Virus record (IMG/VR): IMGVR_UViG_3300021091_000012
Length of the DNA: 64,000 bases
Source of the DNA: a virus
Direction: 5' to 3' (one strand)
Of this stretch, positions 30,428 to 39,266 are shown one piece after another (the stretch's first letter is position 1; every line of letters starts with the position of its first letter). Made by a program: the position numbers and the translations under genes. The notes beneath the pieces are model-generated. The model was given only the letters and a program-made list of their open reading frames with translations. It searched no databases and was not told the DNA's origin.

Positions 30428-31423
30428 TTATGTATTATTAGTTGCTGGGTTTGGACCTTGTGGGTTTCCAGGCGTTGTAGGTGTGTACTCAGAAGCTATC
30501 GGTTTTGCCATATCAACAATCTTAGCATAACGCTCATCTTTTTCAAACAATTTACTAGTGCTTTCAATTCTATTTAGTCTATTTCCTTCACCTGCAGTAA
30601 TATCGTAGGTGGCTAACCAAGTCTTCATTGCTTTAGTACATTGCAAGTTTAGTTCTACGTTTTGAGAAGAACATAAATAAATTGAACCTTCATCTTTATT
30701 TATGTCTTCAAAAGTATACTGGTCTTCAGGATCAGTTGTGTTATCAGAACTTACTCTTATTACTGTTATAGGATCTCCAGTCGAACCGTGACTCTTCCAT
30801 GGTGCCTTGTCCTTTTCTGCTGATTTACCTGTAGCGCTTAGTCTGAATGTGTTTCCGTTTCGACCTTGCAAAATAAAATCACCTTCATATGGAGTAAGCT
30901 GCTTGTATATTTTTGTATCATCTCCTTCTACAAACTTTGCCCTATCAGTTAGCTGTTTTTGAAAGCGCTTTTCAGCTATACTAAAAGGAACTCGAGTTCC
31001 TTTTTCAATTGTAAGCTGACTAGCCATGACAAAAGGTTGCTGGTTGTATGTTGGATTGTGGGTCGCACTGATAGCTGTAGAATAAAAATGCAACTTTTGC
31101 ACTACGTTAGCAAATGGTAATTTTATATCACCAAACGCCTCGTATATTATAACTTGCTCACCTGGCAATGGGTATTGATTCATACCTCTACTAAGTGGCC
31201 ATGCAACTGTTACAATTGTAGATTCTGCTTTTGGTGTAAAGAAAAATGCATTACCGACATCTTTAAATCTAATCTTTCCAACATCAGCTGAGGTTTCCCA
31301 TAACTTCGAACTATCATTAAGACAAACCTCTAACACTACAGCAGGGAATACTCGCTGCTTGGATCCTTGACTAGGAAATGCAGGTGTTGGAGTAGGTTCG
31401 AGAAATAAATCAAAAATACCCAT
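30428..31423 (-). CDS. Baseplate spike/hub (gp5-like), N-terminal OB-fold portion
   Basis: AVVLEV ... GKIRF ... AWPL ... YPLPGEQV OB-fold pattern, then PYEGD-ILQGRNGN-FRLS and GDPI-VIR. Confidence 0.6.
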   Translation of the reverse strand: MGIFDLFLEPTPTPAFPSQGSKQRVFPAVVLEVCLNDSSKLWETSADVGKIRFKDVGNAFFFTPKAESTIVTVAWPLSRGMNQYPLPGEQVIIYEAFGDIKLPFANVVQKLHFYSTAISATHNPTYNQQPFVMASQLTIEKGTRVPFSIAEKRFQKQLTDRAKFVEGDDTKIYKQLTPYEGDFILQGRNGNTFRLSATGKSAEKDKAPWKSHGSTGDPITVIRVSSDNTTDPEDQYTFEDINKDEGSIYLCSSQNVELNLQCTKAMKTWLATYDITAGEGNRLNRIESTSKLFEKDERYAKIVDMAKPIASEYTPTTPGNPQGPNPATNNT

Positions 31424-31770
31424 TATCTAGAACTTTTATCTAAAATTTCTTGAGCTTCCGACATTAGTTGAGCTCTTTCGGCGTCAGTTAAGCCTAACTC
31501 ACCTTCAGAAGTTGTTTTTGCATTAGTAACCAGTAAGCGCTGTATGATGGCTGTTAATCTTACTAAGTTATCATCATTCTTTACAGAAACCTCAAGATAC
31601 TCTTTTACTAGCGGCACCATAACAGATGCATCTGTCATACTCTTGATCATAGGTTTAAGTTGGTCAATTAATCCATTGATCTGACTCTCCTTCTTTTTTG
31701 TATTAAAATACACATCTCGAAGTAGATCAGAGAAAGATTTATTGTCAAATAAAATACTATCCTTATCCAT
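31423..31770 (-). CDS. Hypothetical helical protein
   Basis: 115-aa ORF; late-motif variant at 31784-31791; coupled to the spike gene. Confidence 0.6.
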   Translation of the reverse strand: MDKDSILFDNKSFSDLLRDVYFNTKKKESQINGLIDQLKPMIKSMTDASVMVPLVKEYLEVSVKNDDNLVRLTAIIQRLLVTNAKTTSEGELGLTDAERAQLMSEAQEILDKSSR

Positions 31771-31809
31771 AAGATTGTTTATTAATAAATAGCAACAAAT
31801 TATAAATTG

Positions 31810-32058
31810 CTAAGATATACGCAAAGTCTCTGCGCTTTGTACTTGCTTGATGTATTGTTGTAATTTAGCTACTTGTACTCCTGCCACCCATGCATCTCTA
31901 TTCTCATAGTAACCCAAACTTCTTAATTCTTCGGGTGATATTTTTTTTGGATTAAACTCAAAAGCCGAAAAGTTAGGACCTCCAGCTATTGATTCCCAAC
32001 TCTTCAAATCTCTTTGAAGAAACTCTAGTAATTCTTCTCTGTTTATTATCACTAACAT
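31810..32058 (-). CDS. Hypothetical protein
   Basis: 82-aa ORF; TAATG overlap with the sigma-factor gene. Confidence 0.55.
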   Translation of the reverse strand: MLVIINREELLEFLQRDLKSWESIAGGPNFSAFEFNPKKISPEELRSLGYYENRDAWVAGVQVAKLQQYIKQVQSAETLRIS

Positions 32059-32786
32059 TAGTATACCTTATTGGTCGGCATATATCCTATAGTTAAGTAA
32101 TCATTGTACATTATCTTGTATTTCTCTTTCATATACTTCACCATCTTTGTAATCTGTTGAGTATTGGCATCCGACATTTCTCTGATATAGATATATAAAG
32201 CTTTTTTGTTAAACAAATCAATTGAATCTCTTTTTCGAAAAAGCTCAATAATAGCATATGCTATTCTTTGATCGCTCTTTTTTGTAAAAATGACGTCAAT
32301 GTGTTGATCCCAATATTCTACAAACTTAGATATAAAATTACTTAATTGGTTTTCATACTCTTCAGTGTCTACAACGTGATCGACTAACTCCGAAGACGAA
32401 TCAATTCTATCGTAGCTGGTTAGTTTTTTATAGTTACTTTTGTTTTTTAAAATGCAGTAATTTTTAGCTACAATACTAAAATAACTAAAAGCCTTTCCAT
32501 TATTCTGCTTAAACTTGGGCAGCTTTTCAACTAAAAAGCTTACTACTTCATGTTGAACTTGTTGCAGACTTTGGTCGTCTGTATAGTAAAACTTAAACGT
32601 GTGAATAATATTTTCAACTAGTTTTTCAAATGCAGGTTGTATTCCTTGCTGATATATTCGACTTCTTTCAAAATCATCAATAGTTTCGTTGTATTTAATT
32701 ATTTCTAAATCGACCTCAGGTCCAAAGTACATTCTTTTAGTCTTTGGCTTTCGTGTTTTTTTCATCTTGGGTGTCTGTGTTAACAT
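32058..32786 (-). CDS. Late-transcription sigma factor (T4 gp55-like)
   Basis: KLVENIIHTFKFYY ... EVVSFLVEKLPKF ... KAFSYFSIVAKNY resembles gp55 region 2 (NPFAYFTQI). Confidence 0.75.
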   Translation of the reverse strand: MLTQTPKMKKTRKPKTKRMYFGPEVDLEIIKYNETIDDFERSRIYQQGIQPAFEKLVENIIHTFKFYYTDDQSLQQVQHEVVSFLVEKLPKFKQNNGKAFSYFSIVAKNYCILKNKSNYKKLTSYDRIDSSSELVDHVVDTEEYENQLSNFISKFVEYWDQHIDVIFTKKSDQRIAYAIIELFRKRDSIDLFNKKALYIYIREMSDANTQQITKMVKYMKEKYKIMYNDYLTIGYMPTNKVY

Positions 32787-33054
32787 ATCGCGTTATGAAT
32801 GTATATAAATCATCTACTGACTGATCTATCTCTTTGAAAATAAAACCTACCTCATCATCTGCTTGGAAAGAACCTAATCGATCCACATCTTTAATGTGAT
32901 CTCGAGTTGCTGTAAATCGGAAGAATAGGGTAGATATAAATTGTACGTAGCTTTCGCAGTATCGAGTAGCTTGTTCTGCTTTTTTATAGTTTACGTAAAC
33001 TAAGTAGGATAGTATTACGCATAATATTGAAAGTAATATAACAGTGATTAGCAT
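32737..33054 (-). CDS. Membrane-anchored hypothetical protein
   Basis: N-terminal hydrophobic helix; packed against its neighbours. Confidence 0.6.
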   Translation of the reverse strand: MLITVILLSILCVILSYLVYVNYKKAEQATRYCESYVQFISTLFFRFTATRDHIKDVDRLGSFQADDEVGFIFKEIDQSVDDLYTFITRYVNTDTQDEKNTKAKD

Positions 33055-33055
33055 A

Positions 33056-33811
33056 TTAGAATAGTTTACTAAAAAGTTGTGCTAGATCTTCCTTTTCAGC
33101 TTCTGTAGCACTGCTAGGAATTTGTGCACCTCGTTTTGTTCCCTTTGGCGTTGGAGTTGATTGTGTTTGAGTAGGCTTATTGGTCTTTACTTTTTCGATC
33201 CGGGATGCTAGCATATCTGCGTGATGCAACAGGTATGGTAAATTAGTTCTTAGAGCGCTATCCGGATTATAGTTAACAAAATAAGCTTTATTAGCTTCTT
33301 CATACATACCATCATGCAACTTAATACCAAACCACTCGTTATCAGTTACCACAATACCTCTATCTGCTAAAAGTTTTAAACTCCTATCCGGTACAGTCAT
33401 AAATGAGTTTGCTGGGTTATTAGTGTAAATCTTTCCCTGATTCTTTCTATGCCACTCAGAAGGATTAGGAATATATTGCTCTGCTTGCTCAGTACCCATC
33501 TTTCCTAGATCGTGATTGATTGCCGCAAACACTAATTCCTCTACAGTAAAGTCAATTTGAGCACCTAGAGTAGTCCAGATATTTAACAACTCCAATGCAC
33601 ACTTAACTACACGGTTGATATGATCTATATACCCTCCAGGAAAGCAGTTATGATAATTAATATTTCCACTAGCTGGCATTAGCATTAATCTTTCTTGGTG
33701 ATCTTTATACATCTTGATTAATTTTTCCTTTCTAGGATTGGAGATGTGTTGTTCTATAATTCCAATTAACTCGTCAAAGTTTTGTTGCAACTGTTCTGCA
33801 GATAAATTCAT
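33056..33811 (-). CDS. HD-domain phosphohydrolase
   Basis: PAS---YHNCFPGGYIDH, AAINHDLGKMG, IKLHDG, LHHADMLAS. Confidence 0.88.
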   Translation of the reverse strand: MNLSAEQLQQNFDELIGIIEQHISNPRKEKLIKMYKDHQERLMLMPASGNINYHNCFPGGYIDHINRVVKCALELLNIWTTLGAQIDFTVEELVFAAINHDLGKMGTEQAEQYIPNPSEWHRKNQGKIYTNNPANSFMTVPDRSLKLLADRGIVVTDNEWFGIKLHDGMYEEANKAYFVNYNPDSALRTNLPYLLHHADMLASRIEKVKTNKPTQTQSTPTPKGTKRGAQIPSSATEAEKEDLAQLFSKLF

Positions 33812-33812
33812 A

Positions 33813-34268
33813 TTAAATTTGTTTTTGTAACTTTTTAATTTGTGTTTCTAGTTTTCTACGATAGGTAGCTCGAATCTCTTTTTGTAGTTCTTTTTTGAGT
33901 TTACCTAATTTAGCTAATGCTTCTTGTTTTTCCTGAGCCTTTTGTGCTTTGCTCTTTTTAACTCTAGGTTCTTTAATAGTAAGTGGAGTAGGTTGTAATG
34001 TACCTTTTAGTTCTGGCTGCTCTGCACCTTTGATGTATACTGTACCATCTTCGTGTACAAATTGATTCATAAACTTCCAGCCTTTTGGATATCCAATAGA
34101 TTTTTTTTTAGGTGCATCTTCTGGAGACCAGTATTGCTCAATAACACACTGCCAACAAGTATATCCAGTTACATTAATTGGAGCTTGTTTTTCTAAACCA
34201 CAAAACTTACATTCAATAGTATGGTACTCTTGTGATCTTTTTGTTGTTGTTTTTGCTTTAGTACTCAT
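33813..34268 (-). CDS. Hypothetical protein with CxxC...CxxC zinc ribbon and basic tail
   Basis: CKFC and CWQC; Lys-rich C-terminal helix; promoter-like GTTG-N20-TATAGTT upstream. Confidence 0.6.
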   Translation of the reverse strand: MSTKAKTTTKRSQEYHTIECKFCGLEKQAPINVTGYTCWQCVIEQYWSPEDAPKKKSIGYPKGWKFMNQFVHEDGTVYIKGAEQPELKGTLQPTPLTIKEPRVKKSKAQKAQEKQEALAKLGKLKKELQKEIRATYRRKLETQIKKLQKQI

Positions 34269-34306
34269 ATAAAGTAACTATATGCAAAATAAATTAATAA
34301 AACAAC

Positions 34307-34726
34307 CTAATTAGGTGAAGATGGTTGAAAGTGAATGCGAACATCAATAAGCGCTGTAAAAATGATTTGGTTATTAATTTTATGTCGTCCTCTATAAAAA
34401 GGAATATCACCATTCACATTATAGCTATAAGTGATTGCTTCATCAATAAGTTTTTTAGTTTTGCTGTAGATAAATAGTATATGATCTTCTTGCGTATAAT
34501 AAATTGTATCTTTACTTAAATCAATATCTGTCTGTTCAATTCCACACAAAAATGCGTAATCTTCTATATAGAAGTTGTAGATATCCTTGACCTCTTGTTT
34601 GTTAAACAATAGCGTAGGTTCAAAAAAAAGAGCTTCTTCTGCCTTTAATGTGCGTTGGGCAGCTAGAAGCTCTTTTTTAGCGTTTGCTAAAAAACTAGAA
34701 TTAACTAATCTTTCAAAGCATTTCAT
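34307..34726 (-). CDS. Hypothetical protein
   Basis: 139-aa ORF coupled (TAATG) to the upstream gene. Confidence 0.5.
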   Translation of the reverse strand: MKCFERLVNSSFLANAKKELLAAQRTLKAEEALFFEPTLLFNKQEVKDIYNFYIEDYAFLCGIEQTDIDLSKDTIYYTQEDHILFIYSKTKKLIDEAITYSYNVNGDIPFYRGRHKINNQIIFTALIDVRIHFQPSSPN

Positions 34727-35034
34727 TAATCTTTATTGTTATTTTGTTTTTTCTTACGTCTTGTTTTTCTTGGTTTTTTAAGAACAGCAACGGCTTCCAA
34801 GTTTTCAGTAGTTTCAGCTGTCTTTTCAGACTTAGTCCACCCAACTACTGTTTTTAATGGCTTTGATGTTTTAGTTTTAGTTAAAGCTGTCTTAACAGTA
34901 CCATCGGCATAATCCGATAACACTTTTACTTTAACTTCCAACTCCTTCACATTAGCATTACTCTTCTTTAATTTAAAACTTAAAATAACATTTAAAGCAA
35001 AACTAATAACAAATAAAATACTGATTAAAATCAT
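34726..35034 (-). CDS. Membrane-anchored basic hypothetical protein
   Basis: N-terminal TM helix; Lys/Arg-rich C-terminus. Confidence 0.55.
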   Translation of the reverse strand: MILISILFVISFALNVILSFKLKKSNANVKELEVKVKVLSDYADGTVKTALTKTKTSKPLKTVVGWTKSEKTAETTENLEAVAVLKKPRKTRRKKKQNNNKD

Positions 35035-35134
35035 AATTTAAAATTTAACGTTAATATATTTTTAATATCACGAAAAAAAACCAGAAAGTCAACAGTTTGA
35101 TAAAAATAATTTAATATTTTTTTACTTATATAGT

Positions 35135-35154
35135 TTGCATATAATTATATGCAG
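35135..35154. repeat. Palindrome TTGCATATAA|TTATATGCAG matching both outer arms of the cassette att site
   Basis: 18-bp perfect palindrome (35136-35153). Left 10-mer equals 45610-45619; right 10-mer equals 44894-44903. Confidence 0.6.
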
Positions 35155-35173
35155 ATATAAAAATCCTATCACA

Positions 35174-35570
35174 TGGTGGAGTCGGAGGGATTCGAACCCT
35201 CGTCCATAACGACTAATACTAAGGACTCATTCACAAGCTTATTTAGTTTTCTAACTAACAACTAGTTGGTTGGTTTTTCATCATCGTCAACCTACAACCA
35301 ATGATTCCCGACTCGGATTTTAAGAGCCAGCCGGCGTGCTCGAGCATGCACATTTGTTTATTCTGAGTAAGTGCGACTCAGCGGTTAAGCTGCTACTAGC
35401 AGTTCAGCCTCTTCAGCCACGCGAGTGATTGAAGTTGGGATACTCATCATATCCTCAGAGTTGTATTTGTTTGCGTTTATCGCTTGATAGGTAATTAAGG
35501 ATTTCCAATCTAACCCTGCTTGCATCATCTCAAAGAACTACGGTCATCTGTCAAATCCAGCGTCGACCCC
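35174..35570 (-). ncRNA. ssrA: tmRNA (phage-encoded)
   Basis: 5' GGGGUCGACGCUGGAUUUGAC and 3' GAGGGUUCGAAUCCCUCCGACUCCACCA. Acceptor stem GGGGUCG/CGACUCC with G3-U wobble, discriminator A and encoded CCA; T-arm; 397 nt; internal tag ORF ending LVAA-stop. Confidence 0.95.
35385..35474 (-). other. tmRNA tag reading frame ANKYNSEDMMSIPTSITRVAEEAELLVAA
   Basis: Resume codon GCA after AUAAAC; 29 codons to TAA; C-terminal AA degron. Confidence 0.8.
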
Positions 35571-35603
35571 ATATAATATAAGTATAGCCCTTTTTTGGAT
35601 AAA

Positions 35604-35798
35604 TCAAAACAATTGTATTAATTCTAGATCGATAAGTTCATTAAAGGAGAAGAAGTCAATCGTGACAAGTAGTGTTGTAGGTGACGATGGTGTATTTGAG
35701 TAATATAAGGTGGGGTTTTCTTCCTCTTCATCGTAGTTTTCTAAATAAGAATTGAGTTGATAGAGGTCATTCGCCTCCATATAAAAAGAAATTGTCAT
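35604..35798 (-). CDS. Small acidic hypothetical protein
   Basis: 64-aa ORF with ATGA overlap. Confidence 0.45.
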   Translation of the reverse strand: MTISFYMEANDLYQLNSYLENYDEEEENPTLYYSNTPSSPTTLLVTIDFFSFNELIDLELIQLF

Positions 35799-36151
35799 AG
35801 TATTTGTATTAAGATAATTATAAAAGTTAACAATAAACTAATGATAGTTTTCCAGGTTAGAGATTCTCCTAAAAACCAATTAGTACATAGTATGAAAACA
35901 ATAATACCAACAGCAAAAGTGAGTAATCGTGCTGGCCATGTTTGGCCATAAAAACCATCATAAAGGTAGCTAGTACCATACATAAAAGCTAATCCAATAG
36001 GAACGCCTAATAGCGATAGTAGTATAGGATGTGACTTACACCACTCCGACATAAACTGCCCATTGATCTGAAACCAAGCTAAGGATTGCCCTATAACAAA
36101 TAAACTTAATCCAAGAACAATTAACATAGATGGTGTTTTATTTTTTCTCAC
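35795..36151 (-). CDS. Small 4-TM membrane protein (DMT/SMR-like topology)
   Basis: Four hydrophobic segments; WFLGESLTWKTIISL resembles DMT-family C-termini. Confidence 0.55.
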   Translation of the reverse strand: MRKNKTPSMLIVLGLSLFVIGQSLAWFQINGQFMSEWCKSHPILLSLLGVPIGLAFMYGTSYLYDGFYGQTWPARLLTFAVGIIVFILCTNWFLGESLTWKTIISLLLTFIIILIQIL

Positions 36152-36695
36152 CCATTAATATATTAGAGGTGCGGCCACGACCATTTGGTGCATCCATACC
36201 ATATCCCCACACCCACATTTCATCTTCTAGTGGATATCCATATATGTCTACTGGATATTGACATGATTGTTTTTTTAATAAAACACAAGCCTTGACTTCT
36301 TTTGCTCCAAAAGATAGTAAAGTTGTTTTTAGAAACTTTAGAGTTTTACCACTATCTGCAATATCATCAAACAACCAGACTGTTTTTCCTTTTACTAGAT
36401 TAGCATCAGGCATTTTATATACGAGAAACTCTTTTTGTTGTTTTCCTTGATAAGAAGAAACTCCAATATAATCCACATAAGGTTCTATGAGTAGATACTT
36501 ACATATCTCTGCAAAGAATGGAACAGCACCTTGGAGGATAGGACAAAAAACAATATCTTGTTCTATCTCAAGATCTTCATATAGGTTGTTTATTGCTTGA
36601 GCCGTGTTATAGGCAATATCATCCAACTGATCTGGTTGAAGGATTATCTGTACTTTGTTTTCAACTTCCATTTGTAACTTTTTAGTATAACTCAA
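36138..36695 (-). CDS. hpt: Hypoxanthine/purine phosphoribosyltransferase
   Basis: ILQGAVPF, VSSY, PRPP-binding WLFDDIADSGKTL, VWGYGMD. Confidence 0.85.
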   Translation of the reverse strand: MSYTKKLQMEVENKVQIILQPDQLDDIAYNTAQAINNLYEDLEIEQDIVFCPILQGAVPFFAEICKYLLIEPYVDYIGVSSYQGKQQKEFLVYKMPDANLVKGKTVWLFDDIADSGKTLKFLKTTLLSFGAKEVKACVLLKKQSCQYPVDIYGYPLEDEMWVWGYGMDAPNGRGRTSNILMGEKK

Positions 36696-36726
36696 TATAC
36701 TGCTTTTTTACGAAGAAAGCAACTTA

Positions 36727-37728
36727 TTATTTTCTGACAGTAAGAATGGTATTTGTAACCCAATTCGTTGCATTTCCATCTATAGTGGGCTCTAATCTGA
36801 TAGCTAATCGTTGACCTTTTGTAGCTTGGGTATTTACAGCCACAGATCCAGAATCTAGATACGTATCCACATAGATATAACCTAACCCGACGGCATCGGC
36901 ACCATCAATAAGTAACCTAAGAAATACTTTTTCATCAATATCTCCAGGATTTTCGCAATAGCTACTAAAACTAGCAGATACTATCAATCCAGTAAAAGGC
37001 ATATGCAAACCAACTATAGCTTCACCAGAATTAACGGGAAGAATAGGATAACCTCCAATAGTATCAGCATTAGCCATTAGTAAGTCTGCTACTGGAAGAT
37101 GTATAAATGTAAGAGTTGCCTGATCATCTCCTCCCTTTTGTGCAATAGAAGAGCTGACGGCTCGAGAAGCTGTACCAAATAAGCTTCCAGTGAATTGAGT
37201 AGCTGTAATTCTACCTAAGGATGGGTTGATCGTTATTGTTGTCGATGTAGTAGATAAGCTAGCACTATTGAAAGTTGTCGGTGAGGTACTAGCTAATACT
37301 GGATAGAACGTTGAGTTCGCGGTTGATCTAATTACAATCGAAGATGAAGCTCTTGTAGCATGTGATGCGCTTATCGATGAGTTAATAGATCCTAATAAAA
37401 ATGAAGCTGTGTTGGCAAAGGAACTACTAACAGCGTGTAGTGCAATGGAAGCTGTGACAGCTGTGGTAGCAAAGGAGCTACTAACAGCAGAATTTGCACC
37501 AATAGCAGCTAATGCTGTTACTGTATGTGATGACGTTAAGGCATAAGAAGCGGATGTAATAACACCTACTAATGATCCTGAAAAAGAACCAACAAACGAA
37601 CCAGAAAAGGATCCGGTTGCTTTTATGGTGTCCGTGCTAACACCAGTTAATGCATCGATTGTTCTAGTAACGTGTTCTGCTTCAATTGTATTACCAGTAG
37701 TAATGCCGGTTTTATTTAGGATTGCCAT
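36727..37728 (-). CDS. Ser/Ala-rich fibre-like virion protein
   Basis: Repeats TGSFSGSF and SASYA/SSSFA/TASF; late-motif variant at 37739-37746. Confidence 0.55.
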   Translation of the reverse strand: MAILNKTGITTGNTIEAEHVTRTIDALTGVSTDTIKATGSFSGSFVGSFSGSLVGVITSASYALTSSHTVTALAAIGANSAVSSSFATTAVTASIALHAVSSSFANTASFLLGSINSSISASHATRASSSIVIRSTANSTFYPVLASTSPTTFNSASLSTTSTTITINPSLGRITATQFTGSLFGTASRAVSSSIAQKGGDDQATLTFIHLPVADLLMANADTIGGYPILPVNSGEAIVGLHMPFTGLIVSASFSSYCENPGDIDEKVFLRLLIDGADAVGLGYIYVDTYLDSGSVAVNTQATKGQRLAIRLEPTIDGNATNWVTNTILTVRK

Positions 37729-37746
37729 ACGATTTTATAATAAGTA

Positions 37747-38163
37747 TCACTGTGTACGATCTTTATTATCTATAGATCCACCAGTAACCCATGCTGTACA
37801 GCTTCGTGATCCTGCACATTTAAAATGCAAAAAGTTGCAGTAACCTAAATCGGCTTTTTCAATAGTAGCCATTGCATCGGCATTCTTTTCATTACCTAGA
37901 ATACCTTTTTCCATACAGGCCCACATTTTATCCGAAACATCAAAAGCAGCACAATTTGCACACTTCATAGTCTTAGCGGTTACTTCGGATATTCCCCATC
38001 TCTTAGCCGCATCTTTCCAATAATTTTCTGGATGTTCTGGATTGGCCGGTCCGTAGTGGTATTTATCAATAGCCTTTTGACGATTATCTAAATTAAGATT
38101 AATGTCCTGCGTTGCAGCAGGACATTTTGTTTCCACTTCTATCAAAAGGTGTTTTAGATTCAT
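37747..38163 (-). CDS. Cys-rich hypothetical protein with MxLKxLLxE leader
   Basis: Start at ATG 38163 (MNLKHLLIE), overlapping the holin TGA; CANCAAF ... GYCNFLHFKC ... SCTAW. Confidence 0.65.
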   Translation of the reverse strand: MNLKHLLIEVETKCPAATQDINLNLDNRQKAIDKYHYGPANPEHPENYWKDAAKRWGISEVTAKTMKCANCAAFDVSDKMWACMEKGILGNEKNADAMATIEKADLGYCNFLHFKCAGSRSCTAWVTGGSIDNKDRTQ

Positions 38164-38327
38164 GCTTTGTTTTTGGCAATAATAGACCAAATAGTACCAG
38201 CTAGAGCAATAACTCCACCAATAACTTCATTAGCAGTTGACTCATCAACAATACCTTTCATAATTAAGATACCACCGACAAACGTCAATACGTGACGAAC
38301 GATTCCTAATACTTTTTCTTTGTTCAT
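38160..38327 (-). CDS. Putative holin (55 aa, 2 TM)
   Basis: Below the ORF-track cutoff: MNKEKVLGIVRHVLTFVGGILIMKGIVDESTANEVIGGVIALAGTIWSIIAKNKA, directly after the amidase. Confidence 0.7.
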   Translation of the reverse strand: MNKEKVLGIVRHVLTFVGGILIMKGIVDESTANEVIGGVIALAGTIWSIIAKNKA

Positions 38328-38346
38328 GGTTTTTGTTTTTTATGGT

Positions 38347-39024
38347 TTATAAACTTTTTAACATTTGTATCATCTTAGGTTGAGGTGAAATATCCGATTT
38401 ATCTTTGCGATAAGAGTTGTGAGTATATAGTCCGTTTTCACCTTTAAGTGCTCTATCTGAAACTGACCACAAATCAGCTTCTCTATAGGTCAAATCAATT
38501 CCCCAAATACCTTTCCAATATAGTAACAGCTGCTTTACTGATTCAATTTGAGCATCCGTGTATGCGTGATAATAAATATATCCTTTGTAAGGAGCTGCTA
38601 ATGTGCATACTTGGTCTAGTGACACTTCACGGTCAACATAGTTATAAAATTTATCTCCCTTTTTAGTCAAAGGACCCCAGTTGCAGATTTCAATACCTAT
38701 TGCAATTTTATCCAATCTTTGATAAGCAATTCCTCGTGATTTAAAAACATCCGGCTTGATGCCAAGATGGTATCCCCAATACTTAGATGAGAATGCTTGA
38801 CAGATTTCACCATCAAACGTATCTTTAGAGAGCCCTTTACCCGATATAACTATACAAGTAGCAATACGACCTCTATCATCAGCATCCCACATCTTTATAG
38901 TTCCAGGAGCAGAAGAGTTGCCGGCTGTATGGTGTAGTACAATTTGCTTTTTTATTGTTTCTTCTTTTATAAACTGAGATTCTCGTAATGGAACCTGTTT
39001 AATTTTTGATAAATCTAAACTCAT
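38347..39024 (-). CDS. Endolysin, N-acetylmuramoyl-L-alanine amidase (Amidase_2)
   Basis: IVLHHTAG, WGYHLG, IGIEICNWG, YTDAQIES, YTH...KSD zinc-amidase motifs. Confidence 0.9.
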   Translation of the reverse strand: MSLDLSKIKQVPLRESQFIKEETIKKQIVLHHTAGNSSAPGTIKMWDADDRGRIATCIVISGKGLSKDTFDGEICQAFSSKYWGYHLGIKPDVFKSRGIAYQRLDKIAIGIEICNWGPLTKKGDKFYNYVDREVSLDQVCTLAAPYKGYIYYHAYTDAQIESVKQLLLYWKGIWGIDLTYREADLWSVSDRALKGENGLYTHNSYRKDKSDISPQPKMIQMLKSL

Positions 39025-39025
39025 A

Positions 39026-39235
39026 TTATTCTTCGGAGAAAAAGTTTGTCAAAAATTTACCAATAACGCCAGTAAATAATGCAGCAATTGCTACCCATTT
39101 TGACTCGTTATAAATGGCAAATCCAGTTATAGTGGTACTAACCCCTAAAAAAGCATCACCCAACTTTCTCCATTTTTTAGGTGTTGGGCTATAGTAATTT
39201 GTTTTCATTTTTAATAAAGATTTTTGCATGGCCAT
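39026..39235 (-). CDS. Putative holin (2 TM)
   Basis: Basic N-terminus and two hydrophobic helices, immediately upstream of the amidase; late motif at 39250-39257. Confidence 0.65.
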   Translation of the reverse strand: MAMQKSLLKMKTNYYSPTPKKWRKLGDAFLGVSTTITGFAIYNESKWVAIAALFTGVIGKFLTNFFSEE

Positions 39236-39266
39236 AACCTTTACTTTTATATAAGTATCACGGAGT

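Noticed and set aside
35174-35210. tRNA gene
   Set aside because: Only a T-arm and acceptor 3' strand are here; the matching 5' strand is ~360 nt away, which identifies a tmRNA.
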